Below are positions 9,059 to 18,572 of a stretch of 64,000 nucleotides of DNA, one piece after another (the stretch's first letter is position 1; each line of letters starts with the position of its first letter). This stretch comes from Gemmatimonadales bacterium (GTDB lineage Bacteria > Gemmatimonadota > Gemmatimonadetes > Gemmatimonadales > GWC2-71-9), in contig DATNIM010000042.1 of the NCBI GenBank assembly GCA_035604455.1, positions 33,444 through 97,443 on the forward strand. The letters are read 5' to 3'. A model generated the notes under the pieces. The model had not been told where the DNA came from, made no database searches, and was given only the letters and a program-made list of their open reading frames with translations. A program made the position numbers and the translations under genes.

Positions 9059-11297
9059 CCCCGGGCCACCAGTTCCACCGGCCGGCGATGTGCATGATCG
9101 CGGGCACGAGCACCATGCGGATTAGCGTGGCGTCGAGCAGCACCGCGGTCGCGAGCCCGAATCCGATCAACTGTACGGCGAGCACCCGCGCGAAGGCGAA
9201 CGCGCCGAAGACGAGGATCATGATGAGCGCCGCGCTCGTGATGGTGGACGCGGTGGCGGACAGGCCTTCCATGGTCGCATGGTCGTTGCGGCCCGTCTTG
9301 TCGAACACTTCCTTCACCCGCGTCAGCAGGAAGACCTCGTAGTCCATCGACAGCCCGAAGACGACCGCGAAGACGAGCACCGGAGCCACCCCCCAGATCG
9401 CGTCCGTCGGCCCCTCGAGTCCGAAGATCTGCCCGCCGTAGCCGTGTTGGAACACGAGCACCGTGAGGCCGAAGGCCGCGCCGACCGAGAGGCAATTCAG
9501 GAGCACCGCCTTGAGGGGGACGAGGAGCGAGCGGAACGCGGCGAACAGCATCACGGCGGTGATGGCGAGGATGAAGCCCACGGTTCGCGGGAGTTGGCGG
9601 AGGAGGGTTTCCTGGGCATCGAGACTGCCGGCCGGAAACCCGCCGACGGCGACCTCGGCTCCGTCGAGCCCCCGGAGCCCCCGGCGGATTGCGCCGCGTA
9701 TCCCGCGCACCACGTCCATCATCCCCAAAAACGACACGCTGTCCCCCGGGATCACGTCGATGAGCGTCGTCCGGTTGTCGGTGCTCAGGTAGGCGTCGAA
9801 GAACCGGGTATTCGCGGCACGCGCGGCGGCCGGATCACTGTAGTAGATGGCGAGCTGTAGGCGGGACATGTCCGGATGGACGCTCGCGACGCCGCGGGCG
9901 AGCTTGACGCGCGGGTTTCGCGCAATGGTGTCGGTGAGGAGCTTGAGTCCGGCGAGGCGTCGCGGCGAGAGCGCCGATTCCCCCTCCGGGAAGCGGATCA
10001 CGACCCGGATCGGCGTCACGATCCCGCTCGCGCCCATGTCGCGGAGCGCGGCGAGCCCCTGGGCCGATTCTGACTGCGGGGGGAACCAGTTGTGGCTCGG
10101 GATGCCGAGCCGGATCGCGACGATGGGGGAGGTGAACAAAGCGATCGCTCCGCCCCCCAGGGCCACCGCGCGCCACGGGCGGTGACCGAGCCAGCGCGCC
10201 CACCGCTCCCATCCGGTGGGCGTATGGAAGCGGGCCAGCGGGCGAGCGAGCCACTTGGGCCGGTCGATCCCCCGTCCGATGAACGCGAGAAGCGCGGGCA
10301 GAAAGGTCGTCGCGAGGAGCACGGCCACGGCGACGACCAGCAGTCCTCCGGTGCCGACCGAGCGCGTATCGGTCATCGGGGTCGTGAGGCAGAGGCTCAG
10401 GAACCCCACCATGACGGTCAGCCCGGACGTCACCACCGCGGACCCCGCGGTCTCGATGGTGCGCACCGCGGCGTCGACCGGGGCGAGACCCCGGTTCAGC
10501 TCTTCCCGAAACCGGGTCACCACGAGCAGGGAATAATCGATCCCCACGCCTAGTCCCACCATCGTCGTGATGTTCAGGACGAAGACCGACATGACCTGGA
10601 AGCGCGCGGCGATCGTGACGAGTCCGAGCGCGATCGTGATTGCGAGCACGCCGACGATGATCGGGAGCATCGCCGCGACGAGTGCCCCGAAGGCGACGAC
10701 GAGCACGATGAGCGTGAGCGGCAAGACGCGGGCCTCGCTTTGCGAGGTGTCTTCCGCGCTGATGGTGCGCGCGTCGTAGTCCAAGGCGGCGTCGCCCGTG
10801 ACCTTGGCGTCAAAGCTCCGGGCGCCCGGCACCCGCGCGAGCACGTTCGCAAGCGTGGACCGCAGGTTGACGATCAAACTCCCGGTGCCATCGTCGGGTC
10901 GCGTCGGGCTGAGCGACGCGACGAGCATGGTCGCGTAGCGGTCGCGGGTGAGGAACCCCGAGTCCACGAGGCTCGCGATGTCGACGACCTGGCTGATGTA
11001 GGGGCGCCCGGCGGCGGCCGTCCGGATCGAGTCGAGCACGACGCGGAAACGGTGTGTCGTGGTCGGGACGGGCCCTTCGACGACGATGGCGAGATACTCG
11101 GCGAACGGGTGGGGAAACGCCGACTGAACGAGCGCGGCGGAGCGCCCGGACTCGGTGATCTGGAGGGAGGTGCCGCGGATGTCGAGCACGCGCTGTACAC
11201 GCGCCGCGCGCGGAGCAAAGAAGACAGCGAGCGCCGCCCACGCCGCGATCACCCAGGCGCGCCAGCGCACCAGGGGTTTCGCGGGTAACGTGATCAC
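9021..11297 (-). CDS. MMPL/RND-superfamily membrane transporter
   Basis: 758 aa with two 6-TM bundles, each following a large loop. The two halves are duplicated MMPL-like (GIDYSLLVVTRFREE / GLSMDYEVFLLTRVKE). Confidence 0.85.
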   Translation of the reverse strand: MITLPAKPLVRWRAWVIAAWAALAVFFAPRAARVQRVLDIRGTSLQITESGRSAALVQSAFPHPFAEYLAIVVEGPVPTTTHRFRVVLDSIRTAAAGRPYISQVVDIASLVDSGFLTRDRYATMLVASLSPTRPDDGTGSLIVNLRSTLANVLARVPGARSFDAKVTGDAALDYDARTISAEDTSQSEARVLPLTLIVLVVAFGALVAAMLPIIVGVLAITIALGLVTIAARFQVMSVFVLNITTMVGLGVGIDYSLLVVTRFREELNRGLAPVDAAVRTIETAGSAVVTSGLTVMVGFLSLCLTTPMTDTRSVGTGGLLVVAVAVLLATTFLPALLAFIGRGIDRPKWLARPLARFHTPTGWERWARWLGHRPWRAVALGGGAIALFTSPIVAIRLGIPSHNWFPPQSESAQGLAALRDMGASGIVTPIRVVIRFPEGESALSPRRLAGLKLLTDTIARNPRVKLARGVASVHPDMSRLQLAIYYSDPAAARAANTRFFDAYLSTDNRTTLIDVIPGDSVSFLGMMDVVRGIRGAIRRGLRGLDGAEVAVGGFPAGSLDAQETLLRQLPRTVGFILAITAVMLFAAFRSLLVPLKAVLLNCLSVGAAFGLTVLVFQHGYGGQIFGLEGPTDAIWGVAPVLVFAVVFGLSMDYEVFLLTRVKEVFDKTGRNDHATMEGLSATASTITSAALIMILVFGAFAFARVLAVQLIGFGLATAVLLDATLIRMVLVPAIMHIAGRWNWWPGVRAPMPERETTV

Positions 11298-11387
11298 CTA
11301 CCGTCCGTGCATGAGCGGGCCCCAATGATAGAAGCGCCCTCGGGGCGACGCTAGCGGCCGCGTACGGGCGGTGGCCATATTCCGCCC

Positions 11388-12212
11388 ATGAGCGATCGCA
11401 GACTCTCGGCGCTCACCGTCGGTGTCGCGGTATTCCTCGCGGGCTGGATTCTGAAGGACTCGATCAGCGCGGTCGCCGGCCACGTTGTGCGGCACAACAC
11501 GGCCGCGCATCCGGTGTCGGCCGCGACGAGGGCCGCGTCAGAGGTCGCCGCGCCCACCACCGCCCCTCTCCCGACGACACCGACGGCGACGCCGCAGACG
11601 GTCCTGCCCGCGGCGACCGAGCTCAGCTACATCGACCAGCTCGCGCGCTCGGACATCAGGCGACGCCTGCGCGCGAGTGTGGGCTACACCTACCTGGACG
11701 AGATCGTCGCGGAAAGCACGGACTCGGCGCTCCACCGCTGGGACGACCGCAGCACGACGCCGGTGCGCGTGTATCTCGGGCAGGACTCCGTCGAGAACTT
11801 TCGGCCGGCGTTCCTCGGGTCGGTCCGGACCGCCTTCGAGCGCTGGCAGGACGCGGGCGTGCCGGTGCGCTTCGATCTCGACGCCGACTCGGACCATGCG
11901 GAAGTGGCCGTGCATTGGAAGGAGCGGTTCAACATCGAGCGCACGGGACAGACCGACCTTGCCTGGGACAACGAAGGCCGGATTCAGCGGGCGTTGATCA
12001 CGATCGCCACGTTCGATCCGGGGGGGCGGCCGCTCTCGCCCGACGACGTCCGGGTGGTCGCGCTGCACGAGATCGGGCACCTGATCGGGCTCGACCACTC
12101 CACGGACTCGACGGACATCATGTTCGCGAAGACCCGCGCGCGCGATCTTTCACCACGCGACATTCGTACGGCCATGCTGCTCTACCAGCTGGCGCCCGGA
12201 TCCGTGCGGTAG
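11388..12212 (+). CDS. Matrixin-family (M10) zinc metalloprotease, membrane-anchored
   Basis: Zinc motif VALHEIGHLIGLDHSTDSTDIMF (HExxHxxGxxH plus Met-turn) and an N-terminal hydrophobic anchor. Confidence 0.8.
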   Translation: MSDRRLSALTVGVAVFLAGWILKDSISAVAGHVVRHNTAAHPVSAATRAASEVAAPTTAPLPTTPTATPQTVLPAATELSYIDQLARSDIRRRLRASVGYTYLDEIVAESTDSALHRWDDRSTTPVRVYLGQDSVENFRPAFLGSVRTAFERWQDAGVPVRFDLDADSDHAEVAVHWKERFNIERTGQTDLAWDNEGRIQRALITIATFDPGGRPLSPDDVRVVALHEIGHLIGLDHSTDSTDIMFAKTRARDLSPRDIRTAMLLYQLAPGSVR

Positions 12213-12295
12213 GCTTGAGGCTGCCGGCTTATATAAGGAATGGGACGCCTGCCCGTGCCACCCCCACCCGTCCAATCCGTTTGAGCAGCCGCTTC

Positions 12296-13441
12296 ATGTT
12301 AGGGCTTCTCGTCGCGCTGCAGGTCGGGTTGGCGACGCCCGTTGGTTCGGCGGCCTTCAAAGGGGCGACGTTCGACCCCCTCGTCACCGCGGGCATCGCC
12401 GAGGGGGTATTCCCCGGGGCCGTGCTCGTGATCGGGCGACGAGACTCGCTGCTCTTCGAGCGGGGCTACGGCCATCTCACCTGGGCGAAGACGAGCCCTG
12501 TTCCGGACCCGGACAGCACGTTGTGGGACCTTGCGTCCCTGACGAAGGTGTTGGCCACGACCACGGCCGTGATGCTCCTCGTCGACCGCGGCCTGGTGCG
12601 TCTCGACGCTCCGGTTGTGACCTACGTCCCGGCGTTCGGCGCTCCCGGCACCGCCGCGATCACCGTGCGCGAGCTCTTGACGCACACCTCGGGACTCAAA
12701 CCCACGCTGCCGTTGTTCCGGGAACCGGACAGCGCGGCGGCCCTCCGCCGCGTGCACGAGGCGACGCCCGTCGTTCCACCCGGAAGCCGGGTCGTCTACA
12801 GCGACTTGAATGGAATCCTGCTGGGCGAGATCGTTCAGCACGTGAGCGGAGAGCCGCTCGACCGGTTCGTGGCACGGGAGGTGTGCGGTCCGCTCGCGCT
12901 TGATCACACGCTCTTCCGCCCGCCTGCGGCCCTACGGCGCGAGATCGCGCCGACGGGCGAGTGGCACGGTCACCCGGTTGCGGGGGTGGTGAACGACCAG
13001 AACGCGGTGCGGCTCGGGGGCGTGGCCGGGCATGCGGGGCTCTTTTCGACGGGCGCGGACGTCGCGCGCTTCGCCCAGTTCATCCTGCGTGGCGGCACCA
13101 CCGCGGACGGGCATCCCCTCGTGCGGCGCGCGACGCTCGAGGAGTTTACGACGGCAGCGACGCCCGTGGCGGGAACCAAAACCGAGCGCCGCGCGCTCGG
13201 GTGGCAGGCCGTGCCGACGGGCGAGACGGTGTCGAGCGCGGGCACCCGGTTCGGGCCGCGTTCGATCGGCCACACGGGCTGGACCGGGACCTCGCTGTGG
13301 ATCGATCCCGACCGCGACCTGTTCGTGGTGCTGCTGACGAATCGCGCGTTCGCGCCCCGGACGCGCCGCCCCTTTACTCGACTAAAGGAAGTGCGCGGCA
13401 AGGTGGCAGACGCCGCTGCCCAAGCGTCCGATGGCTCCTGA
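12296..13441 (+). CDS. Serine hydrolase, beta-lactamase/esterase class C-like family
   Basis: Starts at the internal ATG with signal peptide MLGLLVALQVGLATPVGSAA. It has the SxxK motif (LASLTKVLATT), YSD, and HTGWTGT near the C-terminus. The upstream part of the listed 11915 ORF overlaps the matrixin gene and is rejected. Confidence 0.8.
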   Translation: MLGLLVALQVGLATPVGSAAFKGATFDPLVTAGIAEGVFPGAVLVIGRRDSLLFERGYGHLTWAKTSPVPDPDSTLWDLASLTKVLATTTAVMLLVDRGLVRLDAPVVTYVPAFGAPGTAAITVRELLTHTSGLKPTLPLFREPDSAAALRRVHEATPVVPPGSRVVYSDLNGILLGEIVQHVSGEPLDRFVAREVCGPLALDHTLFRPPAALRREIAPTGEWHGHPVAGVVNDQNAVRLGGVAGHAGLFSTGADVARFAQFILRGGTTADGHPLVRRATLEEFTTAATPVAGTKTERRALGWQAVPTGETVSSAGTRFGPRSIGHTGWTGTSLWIDPDRDLFVVLLTNRAFAPRTRRPFTRLKEVRGKVADAAAQASDGS

Positions 13442-13793
13442 TCGCCCGACGATCGTCTTCGATGGGTCCTGCGGGTTCTGCCGGGACACGATAGATCTTG
13501 TGTCGCGTTGGGACCGAGCCGGAACGCTGGCGCTTGTGCCCTTCCAGCAATCAGACCGCGTGGCCGAGCTCGGCCTTGCGGAGCCCGCGGTGGCGGCCGA
13601 GATGCACCTCGTGCTGCCGGATGGGCGGGTGTTTGCAGGCGCGGACGCCGTGGCGGAGATCTGCCGGTTCTTGCCCGGTCTGCGCTTTTGCGCGGTGATC
13701 TTCGCCATCCCGGGGGTGCGTCCCTTGGCGCGGCGGGCATACGCATGGGTGGCGCGACGGCGGCACTGTCTTGTGCCGACCGCGGCGCGCTGA
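13431..13793 (+). CDS. Thiol-disulfide oxidoreductase DCC family (DUF393)
   Basis: The N-terminal FDGSCGFCR motif is typical of DCC proteins. 120 aa. Confidence 0.75.
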   Translation: MAPDRPTIVFDGSCGFCRDTIDLVSRWDRAGTLALVPFQQSDRVAELGLAEPAVAAEMHLVLPDGRVFAGADAVAEICRFLPGLRFCAVIFAIPGVRPLARRAYAWVARRRHCLVPTAAR

Positions 13794-13818
13794 CCGAGCA
13801 AGGAGAAGGAGACGGACC

Positions 13819-14127
13819 ATGAGCGCTGAATCGTTGACACCAGACGTCGTCCGGGCCGCGCTGCGCCTGGTGAAGGATCCCGAGCTCGACTTGAACGTCA
13901 TCGACCTTGGGCTCGTGTACGACGTGGAGGTGGAAGACGGCGCCGTGCGGGTCGAGATGACGCTGACATCGCCGGGCTGCCCGGCGGGGCCCGAGATTAC
14001 GCACGAAGCCGACCGCGTGCTCCGCCAGCTCGCGGGCGTCCGCGACGTGGCGATCGCCATCGTCTGGGAGCCCTACTGGACGCCGGAGCGCATCGACCCG
14101 AAGGTGCGCGCGCTGATGGGGTTCTAG
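13819..14127 (+). CDS. DUF59 / SufT-like Fe-S assembly protein
   Basis: ATG preceded by AGGAGAAGGAG. VKDPELDLNVIDLGLVYDV...MTLTSPGCPAG is the DUF59 signature. Confidence 0.8.
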   Translation: MSAESLTPDVVRAALRLVKDPELDLNVIDLGLVYDVEVEDGAVRVEMTLTSPGCPAGPEITHEADRVLRQLAGVRDVAIAIVWEPYWTPERIDPKVRALMGF

Positions 14128-15251
14128 GCGAGCGCCGCGAGCAAGGTGGGGCCGAGCACGCTCACCTGCCAGCGCCTGAGCTCGGGGATAGCGGCGAGCG
14201 CAGCAGGGTCGGCGGGCATGGCGCGCGCGACCGCCTCCAGGATTCCGCGAGAACACAAGACCCCCGGATCGAGCCCGAGGGCCCGGGCGACCTCGTTGCG
14301 GGCGTTCTTCAGCCGTTCGACCCGGGCCTCGAATGCGGCGTCGCGAGGGAAGGCCTTGGGCCGCTCGAACCGCGGGAGCGCGGCCTCGGGGAGGGCCAGC
14401 GCTTGGCTCACGGCATCGAGGAACGGGGCCTGGTAGCGCTCGGCGAGGGAGGCCGGGACGCCCGGCGTCCCGACGAGCGCCGCGACGGTCTGCGGCAACG
14501 CCCGGCTGACGGCGACGAGGACGTCGTTGCCGACGACGCGAAACTTCGCGCGATCCTGCTCCGCGGCGACGCGCTCGCGCCAGTCGTACAGGATCCCAAG
14601 CGCGGCCCGCTGGCGGTCCGCGAGCGCGCGGGCGCCCTTCACGCGCAGGTAGGCGTCGGGACCGTCCGACGCCGCGTTCCAGCGCAGCCCCTCGAGCCGG
14701 CGGAATTCCTCCGCCGCCCAGGAGAGGCGGCCGAGCTCCTCCAGACGCGCGCTCAGCCGATCGCGCAGCCCGAGCAGATGACGGGTGTCGTCGGCCGCGT
14801 ACTCGAGCATTGCGTCGGTCAGCGGCCGACGCGACCAGTCGGCTTTCTGGAATTCCTTGGCCAGGCGGACGCCGGCGTATTTCTCGAGCAGGGCGGCGAG
14901 TCCGAGCGCCGGCTCGCCCGCGAGCTGGGCCGCGACCCGGGTGTCGAACAGGTTCGCGGCCCGAAAGCCGTAGTCCCGGTCGAGCACGCGCAGGTCGTAA
15001 TCGGCGTCGTGGAACACCTTTTCCACTCGCGGCTCCGCGAGGAGCGCGCCGAGGGGCGCGAGCGTCTCGAGCGCGAGGGGGTCGACGATGGCGGTGAGGG
15101 AGCGATTGGACAATTGGATGAGGTAGATGCGGTCGCGATAGCGGTGGAAGCTGGCCGCTTCGGTGTCGACGGCGACCGCGCCGTCCAGAGCGAGCGTCGT
15201 CATGACGTCGTCCAGGGCGGCCGACGTCCGCACGTACTGGTAGCCGCTCAC
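14124..15251 (-). CDS. rnd: Ribonuclease D (DEDD 3'-5' exonuclease plus HRDC)
   Basis: VAVDTEAASFHRYRDRIYLIQL..., HDADYDLRVL, and YAADDTRHLL (the DEDDy motifs), followed by a helical HRDC-like C-terminus. Confidence 0.9.
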   Translation of the reverse strand: MSGYQYVRTSAALDDVMTTLALDGAVAVDTEAASFHRYRDRIYLIQLSNRSLTAIVDPLALETLAPLGALLAEPRVEKVFHDADYDLRVLDRDYGFRAANLFDTRVAAQLAGEPALGLAALLEKYAGVRLAKEFQKADWSRRPLTDAMLEYAADDTRHLLGLRDRLSARLEELGRLSWAAEEFRRLEGLRWNAASDGPDAYLRVKGARALADRQRAALGILYDWRERVAAEQDRAKFRVVGNDVLVAVSRALPQTVAALVGTPGVPASLAERYQAPFLDAVSQALALPEAALPRFERPKAFPRDAAFEARVERLKNARNEVARALGLDPGVLCSRGILEAVARAMPADPAALAAIPELRRWQVSVLGPTLLAALA

Positions 15252-15297
15252 ACTGCGGCGCGATCGTGTGGCAGGCCGCGCACCTGGGCGCGGCCGC

Positions 15298-15471
15298 TCA
15301 TGGTTCGCGGGTGCCTAGGCGCTCGAGGCCGGCTGCGATCTCTTCTAAGGCCTTGGCGAGCGTCCGAAAGAACTCCGGATCGGGCGGCAGCGGCTCCCCG
15401 CCGAGCGGGTCGCCCGCGCATTTGCGCGCAGCCCGTGCCGCATGGCGGATGTAGTCGGTGGCAACCTGCAT
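15298..15471 (-). CDS. Possible small hypothetical protein (57 aa) upstream of rnd
   Basis: This is the C-terminal ATG-initiated part of the otherwise spurious 15298..16491 ORF. Codon third positions look coding. It has no recognisable domain and could be a shadow ORF. Confidence 0.25.
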   Translation of the reverse strand: MQVATDYIRHAARAARKCAGDPLGGEPLPPDPEFFRTLAKALEEIAAGLERLGTREP

Positions 15472-16485
15472 GGCTCCTCGCGGGTCGGAGAGCTCGTGAC
15501 GGATCCGTCGCTCCTCGTCGCTAAGATACGCGCGCGGCTCCCGTGGTGTGGGCTCGGAGCCTGGCCCACCCCGATCGAACCGGCGGACGCGCTCGCCCAA
15601 GCGAGCGGACTCGAGCAGCTGTGGGTGAAGCGCGAGGATTGCTCGGCCCGGGCCGGCGGCGGAAACAAGGTCCGGGGCCTCGAGTTCCTGTTTGGCCACG
15701 CGCCAAAAGACACCGTCTTCGTCACGGTCGGGGCCGATGGCTCCACGCACTGTCTCGCGACGGCGGTGCACGCCGCGCGCTTCAGCGGGGCGGTCCTCGC
15801 GCAGTTCCCTCAGCGTGAGACCGAGGCAAGCGTCGCGGTCCGCGCCGCGGCGGGATGCGCGGCGCGCTGCGTGGTGCGCGCACGGTCGCAGGGCACCCTG
15901 CCCCTTGCCGTGGTGCGGGCGTGGGTCTCGGCGCGGGCCTTCGGTCGCCGGCGCTGGATTCCGGCTGGGGGAGCGAGTGCGCGCGGTGTGGTGGGCCACC
16001 TCGTCGGCGGCTGCGAACTCGCGTCCATGCCGCCGCCGGACGCCATCGTGGTCCCGCTCGGATCCGGCGGCACGGCCGCCGGTCTCGCGCTCGCCATGGG
16101 CGCACTCGGGTGGCCGACGCTCGTCGTGGCGGCGCGCGTGGCGCCGCGCGCGGTCGCGAATGGCTGGCGGGTACGCTCCTTGATGCGGCGCACCGCGCGT
16201 CTGCTTGACCGACACGGCATTTCGATCGGGAGCGACGCACCTCTGATGGTGATCGATGCGCTGGGGTCGGGGTACGGCGTGCCCACGGCATCGGGCGAGG
16301 CGGCGCGTGCCACCGCCGGGGCGTTTGGGCTCGTTCTCGATCCCACCTATGGGGCCAAAGCGTTCGGAACGCTCGCGGCGCTCGGAGCCCAGGGACTCCG
16401 CCGGGTAGTCTTCTGGCACACATTCGCATGGCCGGGCGTCGGGGTTCTCACGCCCAGCTCGGCGCCCGAGGGAGAGCGTAGGTGA
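15442..16485 (+). CDS. PLP-dependent ACC deaminase / D-cysteine desulfhydrase family protein
   Basis: WPTPIEP...LWVKREDCSARAGGGNKVRGLEFL contains the PLP-lysine motif, with a Gly-rich loop (PLGSGGTAAG). The true start may be the in-frame GTG at 15496. Confidence 0.75.
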   Translation: MADVVGGNLHGSSRVGELVTDPSLLVAKIRARLPWCGLGAWPTPIEPADALAQASGLEQLWVKREDCSARAGGGNKVRGLEFLFGHAPKDTVFVTVGADGSTHCLATAVHAARFSGAVLAQFPQRETEASVAVRAAAGCAARCVVRARSQGTLPLAVVRAWVSARAFGRRRWIPAGGASARGVVGHLVGGCELASMPPPDAIVVPLGSGGTAAGLALAMGALGWPTLVVAARVAPRAVANGWRVRSLMRRTARLLDRHGISIGSDAPLMVIDALGSGYGVPTASGEAARATAGAFGLVLDPTYGAKAFGTLAALGAQGLRRVVFWHTFAWPGVGVLTPSSAPEGERR

Positions 16486-17684
16486 CCACACTGCCGCCGG
16501 TCGAGCTCAAGGTCTATGCGTACGAGTGCGATGCGTACGGGCACTTGAACCACGCCGCGCTGCTCTCCCTGCTCGAGCGCGCGCGCTGGGAGAGCCTGGC
16601 CCAGGGCCCCGGGATGGACGTGTTTCACCGAAACGGCATCGCCCCCGTCGTGCGTCGCGTGGTCGTCGAGTACCGCGCGGCCGCGTTCCCGGGGGACGCG
16701 CTGCGCGTCGAGTCGAGCGTCACGCACCGGGGGACAACGAGTTGGACTGTCCGCCAATTCGCCCGCCGCGTGGTGGATGACATCCTCATCGCCGAGGCGG
16801 AGCTCGTCTTCGTGAGCGTGGACCGCGCGGGTCGGCCGACGCCGCTGCCGGAGGAGCTCGGGCGGGTGCTGGGCGCACCGCGCGCCGGAGGGGCCGAAGT
16901 GCGACGCGTCGCGGTCCCTGGCGGCGAGCTCGCGGTCGAAGTCCGGGGGGAAGGCCCGGCGATCCTCTTTGTGCACGGGTTTCCGCTCGACCGTACCGTG
17001 TGGCGCCATCAATTCGCGACGCTCTCGCGCTGGCAGCGGATCGCGCCGGATTTGCGCGGCGTCGGCGAATCGTCCGGTGACGGCTACTCGATCGCGCGGT
17101 ATGCCGATGACGTCGTCGCGTGTCTCGATGCGGTCGGTGTCGAGTCGGCGGTCGTCTGCGGGCTATCCATGGGAGGGTACGTCCTCTTCGAACTCCTGCG
17201 GCGGCACGCCGCCCGCCTCCGGGCCGTGGTGCTGTGCGGAACGCGACCCGCGGGCGACACCGAGGAGGCCAAACGCGGACGGGACGAGCTCGCGGCCCTC
17301 GCCCGGGACCAGGGGGTCCGAGCCGTGGGGGAACGGATGCTGCCGCGGCTTCTCGCGGGAAGGACGCAGGCCGAGCAACCCGAAGTGGTCGAGCACTACC
17401 GGGAGATGGTGAGCCGCTGGTCAGGAGAGGGCATGGCGGGCGCGCTCCGGGCGATGCGCGACCGGGTGGACTCGACTGCGGTCCTCGGGGAGATTCGCGT
17501 GCCCACCCTCGTGCTGGTGGGGTCTGAGGACGCGGCGTCCCCCGTGGCAGTGGGCGAATCCATGGCGGCCGCGATCGCCGGGGCCCGGTTGGCGGTCGTG
17601 CCGGCCGCGGGGCACTTGGCGCCGCTGGAGCAGCCGCTCAGCGCGGGTCGCGCGCTGAGTGAGTTCCTGGACCGCTTGAAGTGA
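16482..17684 (+). CDS. Fusion protein: hotdog-fold acyl-CoA thioesterase (4HBT/YbgC-like) plus alpha/beta hydrolase
   Basis: N-terminus VYAYECDAYGHLNHAALLSLLERARWE (4HBT). C-terminus ILFVHGFPLD...VVCGLSMGGYV (nucleophile elbow)...AGHLAPLEQP. The GTG start overlaps the upstream stop (GTGA). Confidence 0.8.
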   Translation: MTTLPPVELKVYAYECDAYGHLNHAALLSLLERARWESLAQGPGMDVFHRNGIAPVVRRVVVEYRAAAFPGDALRVESSVTHRGTTSWTVRQFARRVVDDILIAEAELVFVSVDRAGRPTPLPEELGRVLGAPRAGGAEVRRVAVPGGELAVEVRGEGPAILFVHGFPLDRTVWRHQFATLSRWQRIAPDLRGVGESSGDGYSIARYADDVVACLDAVGVESAVVCGLSMGGYVLFELLRRHAARLRAVVLCGTRPAGDTEEAKRGRDELAALARDQGVRAVGERMLPRLLAGRTQAEQPEVVEHYREMVSRWSGEGMAGALRAMRDRVDSTAVLGEIRVPTLVLVGSEDAASPVAVGESMAAAIAGARLAVVPAAGHLAPLEQPLSAGRALSEFLDRLK

Positions 17685-17693
17685 AAATGAGAA

Positions 17694-17710
17694 GGGGCCC
17701 ATCGGGCCCC
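17694..17710. terminator. Bidirectional hairpin between convergent genes
   Basis: GGGGCCC-atc-GGGCCCC sits in the 31-nt gap between the 17684 (+) and 17716 (-) gene ends. The flanks lack a strong U tract. Confidence 0.4.
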
Positions 17711-17715
17711 TAACG

Positions 17716-17988
17716 TCAGCTGCCTTTGCGCTGTGGCTTCCCGGGAGGCGTCTCACCCTGGAACACATCGCGATTCTTCGCGATGAACGTCTTCCACTTC
17801 TCCGGAACATCCTCCTCGGGGAAGATCGCCGTGACCGGGCACTCGGGCTCGCAGGCCCCGCAGTCGATACACTCGTCGGGATGGATGTAGAGTTGGTCCT
17901 CACCCTCGTAAATGCAGTCCACCGGGCACACATCGACGCACGAGCGGTCCTTCACGCCGATGCAGGGCTCGGCAATGATGTACGGCAT
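17716..17988 (-). CDS. Ferredoxin, 7Fe/2x[4Fe-4S]-type (FdxA-like)
   Basis: [26 protein letters not shown]...[12 protein letters not shown]. Confidence 0.9.
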   Translation of the reverse strand: MPYIIAEPCIGVKDRSCVDVCPVDCIYEGEDQLYIHPDECIDCGACEPECPVTAIFPEEDVPEKWKTFIAKNRDVFQGETPPGKPQRKGS

Positions 17989-18053
17989 TGCAACTCCGTG
18001 TTAGACGAGGGCCTACGGTTCCCAGTCCGAGTGCGATGCGAGGCTGAAGCGAA

Positions 18054-18081
18054 AAATTAGAGCGCTGAGGATGCGAGTCAA
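18054..18081 (-). promoter_or_regulatory. Candidate sigma70-type promoter for the ferredoxin gene
   Basis: On the minus strand, TTGACT (18081-18076), a 16-nt spacer, then TAATTT (18059-18054). Confidence 0.3.
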
Positions 18082-18127
18082 GTCCCGGCGGAGGGACAAA
18101 GGCGTCGCGCGCATCTTGGCGGCGTGC

Positions 18128-18143
18128 GATACCCACCAGTATC
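18128..18143. promoter_or_regulatory. Candidate TetR operator: GATAC-N6-GTATC, 10 nt before the TetR start
   Basis: Inverted repeat read directly. A GATACCC direct repeat is also present at 18128 and 18147. Confidence 0.3.
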
Positions 18144-18153
18144 TTAGATACCC

Positions 18154-18564
18154 ATGAGTATCATCCGCGCCCGCCGGCACGCAGAAACACGCGCCCTGTT
18201 GCTTGAGGCCGGGCTGCGGGTGTGCGCGGAGCGGGGGGAGCGCGCGACGCTCGACGAGGTCGGCCGGGCGGCAGGGTTCACAAAGGGCGCGATCTACCGC
18301 CAGTTCCGTTCGAAGGGGGCGTTTCTGCTCGGGCTCTTTGAGCAATACGCCGCGGTCGCGCGGGCGGGCACCGGGGCGCGGCAGGCGGCGTGGTTCGTGC
18401 CCCTCACGATCCACTTCGCCGCCCGGGCGCTGCGGGATCCGTTGCTCAGGCGGCGGCTGGCCCTCGTGCTGGCCGAGGCTCCCGACCCAGGCACCCCGGA
18501 GGGCGCGCTGCTTGCCGCCCTGGCCCGGCTGCTCGCCGCCCCGCGAGCGAGTCGAACGGCGTAG
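18154..18564 (+). CDS. TetR/AcrR-family transcriptional regulator
   Basis: The N-terminal HTH (ATLDEVGRAAGFTKGAIYRQFRSKGAF) is the TetR signature. Confidence 0.85.
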   Translation: MSIIRARRHAETRALLLEAGLRVCAERGERATLDEVGRAAGFTKGAIYRQFRSKGAFLLGLFEQYAAVARAGTGARQAAWFVPLTIHFAARALRDPLLRRRLALVLAEAPDPGTPEGALLAALARLLAAPRASRTA

Positions 18565-18572
18565 CCCGGTGG

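Noticed and set aside
15298-16491. 397-aa minus-strand ORF opposite the ACC-deaminase-like gene
   Set aside because: The plus strand carries the PLP GGNK motif and proper coding statistics. Only the last 57 codons (15298-15471), which lie outside the plus-strand gene core, were kept, as a low-confidence small ORF.
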